Shown here: in pieces, positions 9,023 through 17,557 of the stretch
Layout of the letters: every line of letters begins with the position of its first letter
Numbering within the stretch: the stretch's first letter is position 1
Made by a program: the position numbers and the translations under genes
DNA from: Oscillospiraceae bacterium
GTDB lineage: Bacteria; Bacillota; Clostridia; Oscillospirales; UBA929
DNA: 64,000 nt
Assembly (NCBI GenBank): GCA_031254195.1
Contig: JAIRUW010000060.1
Location: 1,778-65,777, forward strand
Reading direction: 5' to 3'
Notes under the pieces: generated by a model
Told to the model about the DNA's origin: nothing
Seen by the model: the letters and a program-made list of their open reading frames with translations, nothing else
Databases searched by the model: none

Positions 9023-9727
9023 ATGGGTAAAAATTCAAAAATCCTTCATGACGACACGTTAATTGTTTGGAATAAACATCCTGTCGGCGAATACCGTAAG
9101 TATTTCCAACAGGCAACAGGCAAGGAAGAAATTGTAACGGTTTGCAGAGATTTTCAAACATGGCTGTTCACGCAGGCCGGCAAAACCCTAAAGGAAGCGC
9201 TGGAGGAGCTTAATCATCCGTCAGGTTCTAAAAACATGGAGGAACTTTTGACGGAGAGAAGGTTTGATATGGTCTCCGGGTCTGATAAGGCATTCATTAT
9301 AGCCTTTGACAAAGCGATACATGAATTTGGCTACGACTTCGGCGGTGCGATTGGAAGCGGGAATGTTTGGAGTTTGCTGGTGGTGGCCTATGGAAAGACC
9401 GGCACTAAAAGCAGGCCGTGCGCCGCGCGGATATATATCAGGGACGCCGGCAGCATTATGCTGCGGCTATACATGCGTAAAGTTGATGCTCACCGGCAAT
9501 ACGTAGAAAATGCCCCGTCATATATCAAGGAAGCATTTACAAGTGGTAACGGTAACTGTACATTCTGTTGGGATAAATGCCCGGCCCGACCCGCAGCTTA
9601 TACCATTGACGGGCAACTTTTCCATAAATGCCAACACGGCATGGTGTATTTCAATGCGCCATCGGTGGAAAAGCTGCCAGATTACATGGGTTTATTTTCG
9701 GAGTTTTATCCGGTAAAAACTAAATGA
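9023..9727 (+). CDS. hypothetical Cys/His-rich protein
   Basis: Track ORF 8993-9727. ATG 9023 has a GGAGAG RBS. C-terminal CTFCWDKCP...HKCQH cluster. Lower GC. No family recognised. Confidence 0.45.
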   Translation: MGKNSKILHDDTLIVWNKHPVGEYRKYFQQATGKEEIVTVCRDFQTWLFTQAGKTLKEALEELNHPSGSKNMEELLTERRFDMVSGSDKAFIIAFDKAIHEFGYDFGGAIGSGNVWSLLVVAYGKTGTKSRPCAARIYIRDAGSIMLRLYMRKVDAHRQYVENAPSYIKEAFTSGNGNCTFCWDKCPARPAAYTIDGQLFHKCQHGMVYFNAPSVEKLPDYMGLFSEFYPVKTK

Positions 9728-9767
9728 ACAGCGCTATAACACCACAGTATAAGTATTTTACCAGCCA

Positions 9768-11600
9768 TCAACCTTTTCCCCGCAACCAAATCATCAGCGC
9801 CGTCAAATCCGCCGGGCTGACGCCGGAGACGCGAGACGCCTGTCCCAGATTTTGGGGGCGTACGCGGTTTAGCTTCTCCCTCGCCTCCAGGCGCAGTCCT
9901 TGTATGGCGGCGTAATCCACATCCTCCGGCAACGCCCGGTTTTCCATGTGGGACAGCTCCTCCATCAGCGCCCGCTGGCGGCGCAGGTAGCCCTCATATT
10001 TGACCTGTATCTCCACCTGCTCCGCTACCTCATCCGATACGTCCGGGCGGGAGGGGTCGGACACCGCGAGCGACGCGTACGTAACCTCCGGGCGGCGCAA
10101 TTGCGCAGTCAAGCGCGCCTTATCCAGCCGCGCGATCTCGTCCTCCACCGCCTTGTTTTTTTCCATGACCGTATCGTATCGTTCCTTGGGCAGCAGCCCA
10201 AGCTCATACCCCAGCGGCGTCAGGCGGGCGTCGGCGTTGTCTTGCCGCAGCAGCAGACGGTATTCACTGCGCGAGGTCATCATGCGGTACGGCTCTTCCG
10301 TGCCGCGCGTTACGAGGTCGTCGATTAGTGTGCCAATATAGCTGGACGAACGAGGGAGGACAAAAGGCCCTTTCCCCTGTACATGCCTTGCCGCGTTGAT
10401 CCCCGCGACCAGCCCCTGCGCCGCCGCCTCTTCATACCCGGACGAGCCTAAAATCTGTCCGGCGGAAAACAGGCCGGGGAGTTGCTTCGCCATCAGCGTC
10501 GGCGTAAAACAGAGAGGGTCGGCGCAGTCATATTCGATGGCGTAGCCGGGGCGGGTCATCACGGCCCGTTCCAGCCCCGCGACGGCGTGAAGGACTCTCT
10601 CCTGCACATCCTCCGGCATGGACGACGACAGCCCCTGCAAGTAGTATTCGTCCGTGTCCAGCCCCATCGGCTCGCAGAAAACGGGGTGGCGCTCCTTGTC
10701 GGCAAAACGCACCACCTTATCCTCAATCGACGGGCAGTAACGCGCCCCTACGCCTTCGATCACACCCGAATACATCGGGCTTTTGTCCAGATTCTCCCGC
10801 AGTATCGCATGGACAGCTTCATTTGTCCATGTCATCCAGCAGGAGACGATGTTTTTTACGGGACGGGGCGTTGTGAACGAAAACGGGACGGTATCCTCCC
10901 CGTCCTGACGCTCCATTTGGGAAAAGTCAATCGTCCGCCCTAACGCGCGGGGCGGCGTGCCCGTCTTAAAGCGCCGCAGGCGCAACCCCAACCGCAGCAG
11001 CGCTTCCGACAACGCCTTTGCCGGCAGCAGCCCGTCCGGCCCGGCCTCGCTGACATGGGCGCCGGTGAGGACGCGGCTGTTGAGGAAGGTGCCGGTGGCG
11101 ATGACCACGGTTTTGGCAGTGTATTGCGTTCCGGCGGCGGCGGTGAGGATATAACTCCCTCCGCCGTCAGCGGACGGCACCTCCCTCGGCGAGGGAGGCA
11201 TAGCCCCCCTCCAGAGGGGGGCGGAGGGAGCAATATCAACAATCTCCGCCTGTTTGAGCGTGACTTCGCGCTCCAGCAGGCGTTTCATATGGGCGCGGTA
11301 AGCGATGCGGTCGGCCTGCGCGCGCAACGAATGCACCGCGGGGCCTTTGCCGCGGTTGAGCATCCGGTATTGGATACAGCAGGCGTCGGCGGCTTTGCCC
11401 ATCTCGCCGCCCAGCGCGTCGATTTCGCGCACCAGATGGCCTTTGGCCGTGCCCCCGACAGACGGGTTGCAGGGCATATTGCCCACGGCGTCGAGCTGTG
11501 TCGCGAAACAGATGACAGAACAGCCCAAACGTGAAGCCGCCAGAGCGGCCTCGATGCCGGCGTGCCCCGCGCCCACGACGGCGACGTCATATAGTCTCAT
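9768..11600 (-). CDS. mnmG: tRNA uridine-5-carboxymethylaminomethyl synthesis enzyme MnmG (GidA)
   Basis: 610 aa. VVGAGHAGIEAALA FAD motif, MPCNPSVGG, FKTGTPPR. Confidence 0.9.
   Translation of the reverse strand: MRLYDVAVVGAGHAGIEAALAASRLGCSVICFATQLDAVGNMPCNPSVGGTAKGHLVREIDALGGEMGKAADACCIQYRMLNRGKGPAVHSLRAQADRIAYRAHMKRLLEREVTLKQAEIVDIAPSAPLWRGAMPPSPREVPSADGGGSYILTAAAGTQYTAKTVVIATGTFLNSRVLTGAHVSEAGPDGLLPAKALSEALLRLGLRLRRFKTGTPPRALGRTIDFSQMERQDGEDTVPFSFTTPRPVKNIVSCWMTWTNEAVHAILRENLDKSPMYSGVIEGVGARYCPSIEDKVVRFADKERHPVFCEPMGLDTDEYYLQGLSSSMPEDVQERVLHAVAGLERAVMTRPGYAIEYDCADPLCFTPTLMAKQLPGLFSAGQILGSSGYEEAAAQGLVAGINAARHVQGKGPFVLPRSSSYIGTLIDDLVTRGTEEPYRMMTSRSEYRLLLRQDNADARLTPLGYELGLLPKERYDTVMEKNKAVEDEIARLDKARLTAQLRRPEVTYASLAVSDPSRPDVSDEVAEQVEIQVKYEGYLRRQRALMEELSHMENRALPEDVDYAAIQGLRLEAREKLNRVRPQNLGQASRVSGVSPADLTALMIWLRGKG
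11155..11230. repeat. 76-nt multi-hairpin palindromic element embedded in frame in mnmG
   Basis: Outer arms CTCCCTCCGCC/GGCGGAGGGAG enclose three short GC hairpins. Encodes ..PSAPLWRGAMPPSPREVPSADGGG.. Confidence 0.7.
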
Positions 11601-12133
11601 AGCTTCTTAACAGTCTTTTTCAGCGCTTTTTGCGTCCCGAAAACCAAAAGCGCATAGGGCAAAACCAGCGCGACCCGCCAAGGCAGGGATGCCCACAGCG
11701 CGATCCAAAAATCGGCATACCAGCCCGCCTGCGTTCCGAAATAGGCGGTCAGGGGCATCGTGATAACCACTTGGCTAAGCCCAACGGTAATCAGCGCGCG
11801 CCAAACGGAAGGGCCGCGTTTATACAGCAGAAATCCGAAAACCAGCCCATTCAGCGCCGCAATCAAGGTAAATCCCGGATTCAGCACTGCGTTTCCGGTC
11901 GGGTTGATCATCGCTCCCAGGACGTCCCCTGCCATGGCAACCCCCAGCCCCCAGCCCGGGCCAAGCAGCCATCCCGCGGACGCGTACCAAAGGGGCTGCA
12001 AGCTGACGCGGACAAGATTCGGCGGCACCGTCGGCATAAAATATGTGAGCGGCAATATCCGTACTGTTACGATTTCCAACGCGATAAACAGCCCGGCTAG
12101 GACGAGATACCGCAGCTCATACCCCTTTTTCAC
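11597..12133 (-). CDS. ECF transporter S component, folate (FolT)-like
   Basis: 178 aa, about 6 TM segments. Resembles FolT-type S components (GDxLGAxxxPxG, NPGFTL). Substrate assignment is tentative. Confidence 0.55.
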   Translation of the reverse strand: MKKGYELRYLVLAGLFIALEIVTVRILPLTYFMPTVPPNLVRVSLQPLWYASAGWLLGPGWGLGVAMAGDVLGAMINPTGNAVLNPGFTLIAALNGLVFGFLLYKRGPSVWRALITVGLSQVVITMPLTAYFGTQAGWYADFWIALWASLPWRVALVLPYALLVFGTQKALKKTVKKL

Positions 12134-13748
12134 GGTTGACCAGCTCCTCCGCCTGCTCGCGCAGCTTATATTTCAGAATCTTGCCCGCCGCGTTCATTGG
12201 CAGCGAATTGATAAAGAACACATGACTCGGCACCTTGTGGCGCGACATGCGGGCGCTCACATATTCCTTGATGTCCGCCTCAGACGCGGCCGAGCCTTCG
12301 CGCTTTATAACAAAGGCGGCCACCTCCTCGCCGAACTTTTTGCTCTGCACGCCCACCACCTGCGAATCCTGCACGTCGGGACAGGTGTATAAAAGCTCTT
12401 CGATCTCGCGGGGGTAGATGTTTTCGCCGCCCCGGATGATCATGTCTTTCAGCCGCCCGGTGATGACGTAATACCCTTCTTCGTCGCATGTCCCTATGTC
12501 GCCCGTGTGCAGCCAGCCGTCGGCGTCGATGGCGGCGGCGGTCGCCTCGGGCATGTTATAGTAGCCTTTCATCAGATGATACCCGCGCGTTACGATTTCG
12601 CCCGGCGTTCCCGGCGGGACCTCCTCGCCCGTTTCCGGGTCTATGACTTTGCCTTCGGTAAAAGGCAGCAGCTTGCCGACCGTCGTCGTGCGCCGCTCGA
12701 AAGTGTCTTCGGCATGGCTCATCGTCATGCCGGGGCTGCACTCGGTCTGCCCGAACACGCTGACCAGCTCGCGCTGCCCCAGTTCCTCGTTGGCACGGCG
12801 CATGACCTCCACGGGGCAGGTGGAACCGGCCATGATGCCGGTGCGCAGGGATGAAAAATCATATTTCGCGAAATCCGGGTGGTCGAGGATGAAGATGAAC
12901 ATGGTCGGCACGCCGTGCAGGGCGGTACACCGCTCCGCCTGCACCGTCTCCATGACGGCGGCGGGGCTGTAGACCTCTACCGGCACCATCGCCGACGCGT
13001 GGGTGATACATGCCATCTGCGCCAGCACCAGCCCAAAGCAATGGAAAAACGGCACGCAGATACAGAGCCTGTCCCGGGGTGTAAATTTCATATTCTCGCC
13101 AATGAAAAACCCATTGTTGAGGATGTTGTGGTGGGTCAGCATGACGCCTTTTGGGAAGCCGGTCGTGCCGGAGGTATACTGCATATTGATCATGTCGTGC
13201 TCGTCCAGCCCGGCTTGCACCTCGTCCAGCCTCTCCGCGGGCACTTCGTCCGACATTTGGATAAACCGGCTCCACGGCAGGATGCCGCCGGTCGCCTTCT
13301 TCCCGCCCGGCTCGTCCATATGGATAAGGTGCCGCAGCACCGGCACGCGGGAGAGGTCTTTGAGCAGCTCGCCCAGTATCTCATGGTAATCACTCGTTTT
13401 GATGCCGTCGCTAAAGATGAGGACTTTGGCGTCCGACTGGCGCAGCAGGTATTCCAGCTCGAAAATCTTATAGTTGGTGTTGACCGTCACCAGCACCGCG
13501 CCGATCTTGGCGCATCCGTGCAAGGTATAGACCCATTCCGGCGTATTGGTGGCCCAAACCGCCACATGGTCGCCCTTCTTCACGCCCAGCGCCACCAGGG
13601 CGCGCGCCGCCCGCCGCGCCACGTCGTTCAGCTCACGGTAGGTCAGGCGCAGGCCGCGGTCGTGGTAAACAAGCGCTTCGCGGTCCCCGTGCTCACGCGC
13701 CATTTTATCCATCCAGCCGCCGATGGTGGAATGTAATAATTCAGGCAT
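12117..13748 (-). CDS. AMP-forming acyl/aryl-CoA ligase (adenylate-forming enzyme)
   Basis: YTSGTTGFPKGV and GWLHTGDIG...GRLKDMIIRGGENIYPREIE motifs. Start trimmed to MPELLHST behind a GGAGGTGG RBS. Confidence 0.8.
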   Translation of the reverse strand: MPELLHSTIGGWMDKMAREHGDREALVYHDRGLRLTYRELNDVARRAARALVALGVKKGDHVAVWATNTPEWVYTLHGCAKIGAVLVTVNTNYKIFELEYLLRQSDAKVLIFSDGIKTSDYHEILGELLKDLSRVPVLRHLIHMDEPGGKKATGGILPWSRFIQMSDEVPAERLDEVQAGLDEHDMINMQYTSGTTGFPKGVMLTHHNILNNGFFIGENMKFTPRDRLCICVPFFHCFGLVLAQMACITHASAMVPVEVYSPAAVMETVQAERCTALHGVPTMFIFILDHPDFAKYDFSSLRTGIMAGSTCPVEVMRRANEELGQRELVSVFGQTECSPGMTMSHAEDTFERRTTTVGKLLPFTEGKVIDPETGEEVPPGTPGEIVTRGYHLMKGYYNMPEATAAAIDADGWLHTGDIGTCDEEGYYVITGRLKDMIIRGGENIYPREIEELLYTCPDVQDSQVVGVQSKKFGEEVAAFVIKREGSAASEADIKEYVSARMSRHKVPSHVFFINSLPMNAAGKILKYKLREQAEELVNREKGV

Positions 13749-13767
13749 CTCAGCCACCTCCGTATAA

Positions 13768-14078
13768 ACGTAAAAGCCCCTTGGAGCTGTCGCTCCAAGG
13801 GGCGTAAAAAGCATGTCACGCTCCATGCGCGGCTCTTTTCCTACGCGGTACCACCCTTGTTCCCCAAGCCGGTCGCCCGGCCCGGGCTTTGTGTCTCCAT
13901 GAGACGGCGCTAAGCGTACGCTCAGCGTGAAACGCTCGGGAGCGAGGAGCCTCCCCTCTGTCCGTACCGCCTCACACCAACGACCCGGCGCAGTCCAAGC
14001 GCAAGCTGGACATGCTAGATCTCCGGCGGCTCTCTGAACGGCGCTCGTGGGAAACGCTCTCCTTCATCGCGCTGGTAT
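13768..14078 (-). promoter_or_regulatory. T-box riboswitch leader
   Basis: Invariant GGGUGGUACCGCG (complement of 13844-13856), GCGAUGA K-turn start, AGAGA box and GGUGUGA. Terminator CCCCUUGGAGC-GACA-GCUCCAAGGGG plus a U tract at 13771-13802. Confidence 0.8.
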
Positions 14079-14085
14079 ATTGCGT

Positions 14086-14114
14086 ATTATGGCAGACCTT
14101 CACAGGTTTGTCAA
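14086..14114 (-). promoter_or_regulatory. promoter of T-box operon (TTGACA-17-CATAAT)
   Basis: Perfect -35 and a good -10 on the minus strand. Confidence 0.6.
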
Positions 14115-14389
14115 GGGGTTTTTCGTTGACAGTTTTGGCGGGGGTGTACTGTTTCCAGCTTATCACGCATTAAGGAACGGGGCGAGCCTTTTAACTAGGT
14201 GCCATCCTCCTTGGCAAAATAAACATATAGTATACCATATATTGAGGGGGTTGTGTATGCACAAATTTGAAGTATTTTTGCAGGAATTTCTTTCAATTTA
14301 GTGAATGGACAGATTTTTACAGATGTGGTATGGTATTGATGCGGGATGGTAGGCCTACTTTCCGACATAATGATTGGGGGTATTTACCA

Positions 14390-15145
14390 ATGAAGAAAGC
14401 AATCGCGGTGCTCCTCGCCTTAACATTCCTGTTTTCGTTCCCCATCACAGCGGAAGCGCGCTGTATGCACCCTGTCACATATCAGCAGACCCAGCCTCCC
14501 ACCTGTGCGGACGTTGGAAGAACCTTTAACATCTGCTCGTACTGCGGGGCTACGGTGTCATTCACAGTAACAGCATCGGCGTTAGGACATCAGTACAATA
14601 CTACAGGTACAACAGCAATGAACATCTGCATAAGGAATACGACTTGCGGATACATAAACGGAGCAACATCAAGCCATTTTCAACATTACATGTATCGGAC
14701 GACGAGCCTCACGGGTTCTACCAGCGATCGTCGCGCAAACTATATCTATCGTGAACATCCGACTCCGGGATTCAATTATCCAAATACCTCCGGGTCTATT
14801 AATGGGGGGATTGATATACAGACCGGTTCGGTGGGAGTTGTCATGGGATACCACATATATGCGCAAGGCACGGGGGTGGTTTCAAATTATGGGATAAATT
14901 TGAACACACCTGAAGGAAATTTCGTGGAAATAACATACACCAACGGTTGGAGGGTGCAGTATATGCACTTTATTGATCCGCCTAGTGTAGGCAAGGACGA
15001 ACCTGTATCAGTGTCAACACAGATTGGCCGAACGGGAATGTCAGGAACAACAAGCACAGGATACCACCTACATATTGATGTAAAGCAAAACGGCAATTTT
15101 GTCAGAACAAGAAACCTTTTCCCAAACGGGACAATGAGAAATTAG
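14390..15145 (+). CDS. secreted M23 (LytM-type) metallopeptidase
   Basis: Start trimmed to the MKKAIAVLLALTF signal peptide. N-terminal CxH..C..CxxC module. GMSGTTSTGYHLHID catalytic motif. Confidence 0.75.
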   Translation: MKKAIAVLLALTFLFSFPITAEARCMHPVTYQQTQPPTCADVGRTFNICSYCGATVSFTVTASALGHQYNTTGTTAMNICIRNTTCGYINGATSSHFQHYMYRTTSLTGSTSDRRANYIYREHPTPGFNYPNTSGSINGGIDIQTGSVGVVMGYHIYAQGTGVVSNYGINLNTPEGNFVEITYTNGWRVQYMHFIDPPSVGKDEPVSVSTQIGRTGMSGTTSTGYHLHIDVKQNGNFVRTRNLFPNGTMRN

Positions 15146-15157
15146 GAGGAAAGTGAA

Positions 15158-16033
15158 ATGAAAAAAATCTTATCATTGGCTATATCGGCCATACTGCTGC
15201 TCACCCTGTTCGCCTGCGCGGCAGAGACGCCTCCCGAGATTCCCGCCCCATTGGGAACAGACGCCGAATCGCCAACCCCGCAGGAAACACCCTCTTCTGA
15301 ACCGCCGGAAGATACAGGCACAGAATCCGATGACCCGCACGAGACACTTTCCTCTGAACCACTGGATTTTATTGACCCTCACGGGCTGTTTAGTGCAGCC
15401 GGAATGCCTGTCCCTTCTGAGGTAGGCGGAGGTGATATAGAGAAGTTCTATACCCCCTGTATTGATAAGCTATATGTGAGCTCTCCAATATGGGAAGACA
15501 TTGCCATGTACCTAGGGCTTACGGAGCGGGAGTTTCTTGATAATCTCTATGAAAAATATGAAGGGAACTTCTGGAGTACATTTGATAAGAGCAGTTTGAT
15601 GGAGACAACCAACTTACTCTCAATAATGGTCGTGTATGACATCCCCAACGAGGTCGTCCTTGCCTCCATCATGGAACTCAACGACATGAACGAAAATTTC
15701 GCCGTGCAATTTGGCGATGAAGATTTCAGAGATCGCAAATTCACTGACGCCGAGATTGAAGCCCTCCTCTCCCGCGACGCGGCAACGGTATTGGAGCACT
15801 TCGCCACAGAAAAGGCTGTCGTGATTGGCGATAAGGTTTACTCCCCCGTTTGGCTTTATCTCCACACCCCGGAAGACTATGAAAAAGCCGGCATAACAAT
15901 CGAAATGCTTGAGGAAAAGCTGAATTTATACGGCGATTTCAATCTAACTGCCGAGGCCGCCAAAGCATTTGAGGCGAAATTGTCGGAGTTTACAGGGCAA
16001 AGCGTGACGCTGGAACAACGCCAAGCCGACTAA
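15158..16033 (+). CDS. lipoprotein, unknown function
   Basis: 291 aa. Lipobox LFAC followed by an acidic Pro/Glu/Thr/Ser-rich linker. Confidence 0.6.
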   Translation: MKKILSLAISAILLLTLFACAAETPPEIPAPLGTDAESPTPQETPSSEPPEDTGTESDDPHETLSSEPLDFIDPHGLFSAAGMPVPSEVGGGDIEKFYTPCIDKLYVSSPIWEDIAMYLGLTEREFLDNLYEKYEGNFWSTFDKSSLMETTNLLSIMVVYDIPNEVVLASIMELNDMNENFAVQFGDEDFRDRKFTDAEIEALLSRDAATVLEHFATEKAVVIGDKVYSPVWLYLHTPEDYEKAGITIEMLEEKLNLYGDFNLTAEAAKAFEAKLSEFTGQSVTLEQRQAD

Positions 16034-16123
16034 GCAGCGAAAAGCTACAAGGGGGACGCAGAACGATTCGGGCTGTGTCCCTCTCTGTTCTAAGCAAGAA
16101 TATCGAGAAAGCAGGAAACAAAA

Positions 16124-16294
16124 ATGAAGATGCTTATGTTTGGAATCGCACTGCTTCTATTTAGCATTGTGTGGTTATTTTTCTGGAATCGCGGCAATTC
16201 TCAGTTCGCATATATTACTGATTATGGCACAATGATACTTGCCATCACAGGACTCTTTATATCAATCATAGGACTAATCAAGAAAGACAAGTGA
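16124..16294 (+). CDS. 56-aa two-TM membrane peptide
   Basis: Below the track cutoff. Own translation: MKMLMFGIALLLFSIVWLFFWNRGNSQFAYITDYGTMILAITGLFISIIGLIKKDK. AGGAAA RBS. Low GC. Confidence 0.4.
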   Translation: MKMLMFGIALLLFSIVWLFFWNRGNSQFAYITDYGTMILAITGLFISIIGLIKKDK

Positions 16295-16483
16295 AACAAC
16301 CCCCAAACGGCGGGGTCGTCCGAAGATTATGCGAAAGCGGGAATAACGCCGGAAATGATTGAAGCAAAACTAGATTTATACGGCGAGTTCAACCTAACCC
16401 TCGAGGCCGCCAGAGCGTTTGAAGCGAAGCTGTCGGAGTTTACGGGGCAAAACGTGACGCTGGAACAACGCCAAGCCGACTAA
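16295..16483 (+). pseudogene. 3' remnant of a paralog of lipoprotein gene 15158-16033
   Basis: 16319-16540 repeats 15869-16095, including the stop and 3' flank. The frame is open from the TGA of the small ORF but has no start codon. Confidence 0.7.
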
Positions 16484-16638
16484 GCAGAATTGAACCACAA
16501 AGGGGGAACGCAGAACGATTCGGTCTGTGTCCCTCTAAGCGTTTTTGCGGGCGGTTTCGTTTAAGCGTTCCCTAACCATTCCGTTTTTGAGATATATTTT
16601 CATTTATTTGCGGAAATGTGCCCGGGGAATAATTTTCA

Positions 16639-16667
16639 TTGCCAGAAGGGAGGTTTTGTGGTATACT
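16639..16667 (+). promoter_or_regulatory. candidate soj-spo0J promoter (TTGCCA-17-TATACT)
   Basis: Consensus-like hexamers about 115 nt upstream of soj. Confidence 0.45.
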
Positions 16668-16783
16668 GCAAAGAAGCGGACAGCTTGCGGGGCGGTAAGA
16701 TTCACTTTCAACGCCCGGTTGCGGGTGTTGTGAGACTTAACATGATATAGCGCATACTAAATATAGCGGCAAGGGGCCGGAAG

Positions 16784-17545
16784 ATGGGGAAAATCATCGC
16801 GGTCGTCAATCAAAAGGGCGGTGTGGGCAAGACCACTACCTGTGTCAATACGGCGTACGCCCTGTCGCAAGCGGGACGTCGTGTTTTGCTTTGCGATTTT
16901 GACCCGCAAGGCAACGCCACGTCGGGCATGGGCCTTTCCAAAAGTACCGCCCCCGGTTCCTACGACGCCGTCATCCGGCTGGAAGACCCCGCCGCCGCCG
17001 TACATACCACAAACTTCTGCGACGTCATGCCGGCCGGCAAGTCGCTCTCCGGCGCGGAAATCGAAATGATGGGCCTCCCCCGGCGCGAGCACCGCCTGCA
17101 CAGCGTCTTGCAGGCGCTGGCCGGGCGCTATGATTTTATCCTCATCGACTGCCCTCCTTCGCTCGGGCTGCTGACCCTCAACGGCCTTTGCGCCGCCGAT
17201 TCCTTCCTTGTGCCGGTGCAGTGCGAATATTACGCACTGGAGGGGCTTAGCGACTTACTCTACACCGTCCGCGCCGTCAAGCAAGGCGGTTTGAACGCGG
17301 AACTGGAGCTGGAAGGCGTCCTTTTGACGATGTTCGACGCGCGCACCAACCTGTCTTTGCAAGTGGCGGAGGAGGTCAAGCGTCATTTCCCCGGAAAGAT
17401 ATACAAAACGGTCGTCCCGCGCAACGTACGGCTGAGCGAGGCGCCCAGCCACGGGATGCCGGTGCAGAAATATGACCCCGCTTCCAAAGGGGCGGACAGC
17501 TATGACGCTTTGGCGCGGGAAATCGTGAAAAGAAACCGGCCTTAG
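16784..17545 (+). CDS. soj: ParA-family chromosome partitioning ATPase Soj
   Basis: 253 aa. Deviant Walker A NQKGGVGKTT. Followed by parB. Confidence 0.9.
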   Translation: MGKIIAVVNQKGGVGKTTTCVNTAYALSQAGRRVLLCDFDPQGNATSGMGLSKSTAPGSYDAVIRLEDPAAAVHTTNFCDVMPAGKSLSGAEIEMMGLPRREHRLHSVLQALAGRYDFILIDCPPSLGLLTLNGLCAADSFLVPVQCEYYALEGLSDLLYTVRAVKQGGLNAELELEGVLLTMFDARTNLSLQVAEEVKRHFPGKIYKTVVPRNVRLSEAPSHGMPVQKYDPASKGADSYDALAREIVKRNRP

Positions 17546-17557
17546 GGGTGGAAGAAG

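Noticed and set aside
11155-11230. 76-nt cloverleaf-like fold considered as a tRNA or tRNA-like gene
   Set aside because: The loops are only 3-4 nt. There is no T-loop (GTTCRANNC), D-loop or anticodon loop geometry. The element lies in frame inside mnmG and has a repeat-family relative at 36075-36169.
16545-16783. AT-rich stretch upstream of soj considered as oriC/DnaA-box cluster or parS
   Set aside because: No TTATCCACA-like boxes or TGTTNCACGTGAAACA palindrome were found by eye. A promoter is the simpler explanation.
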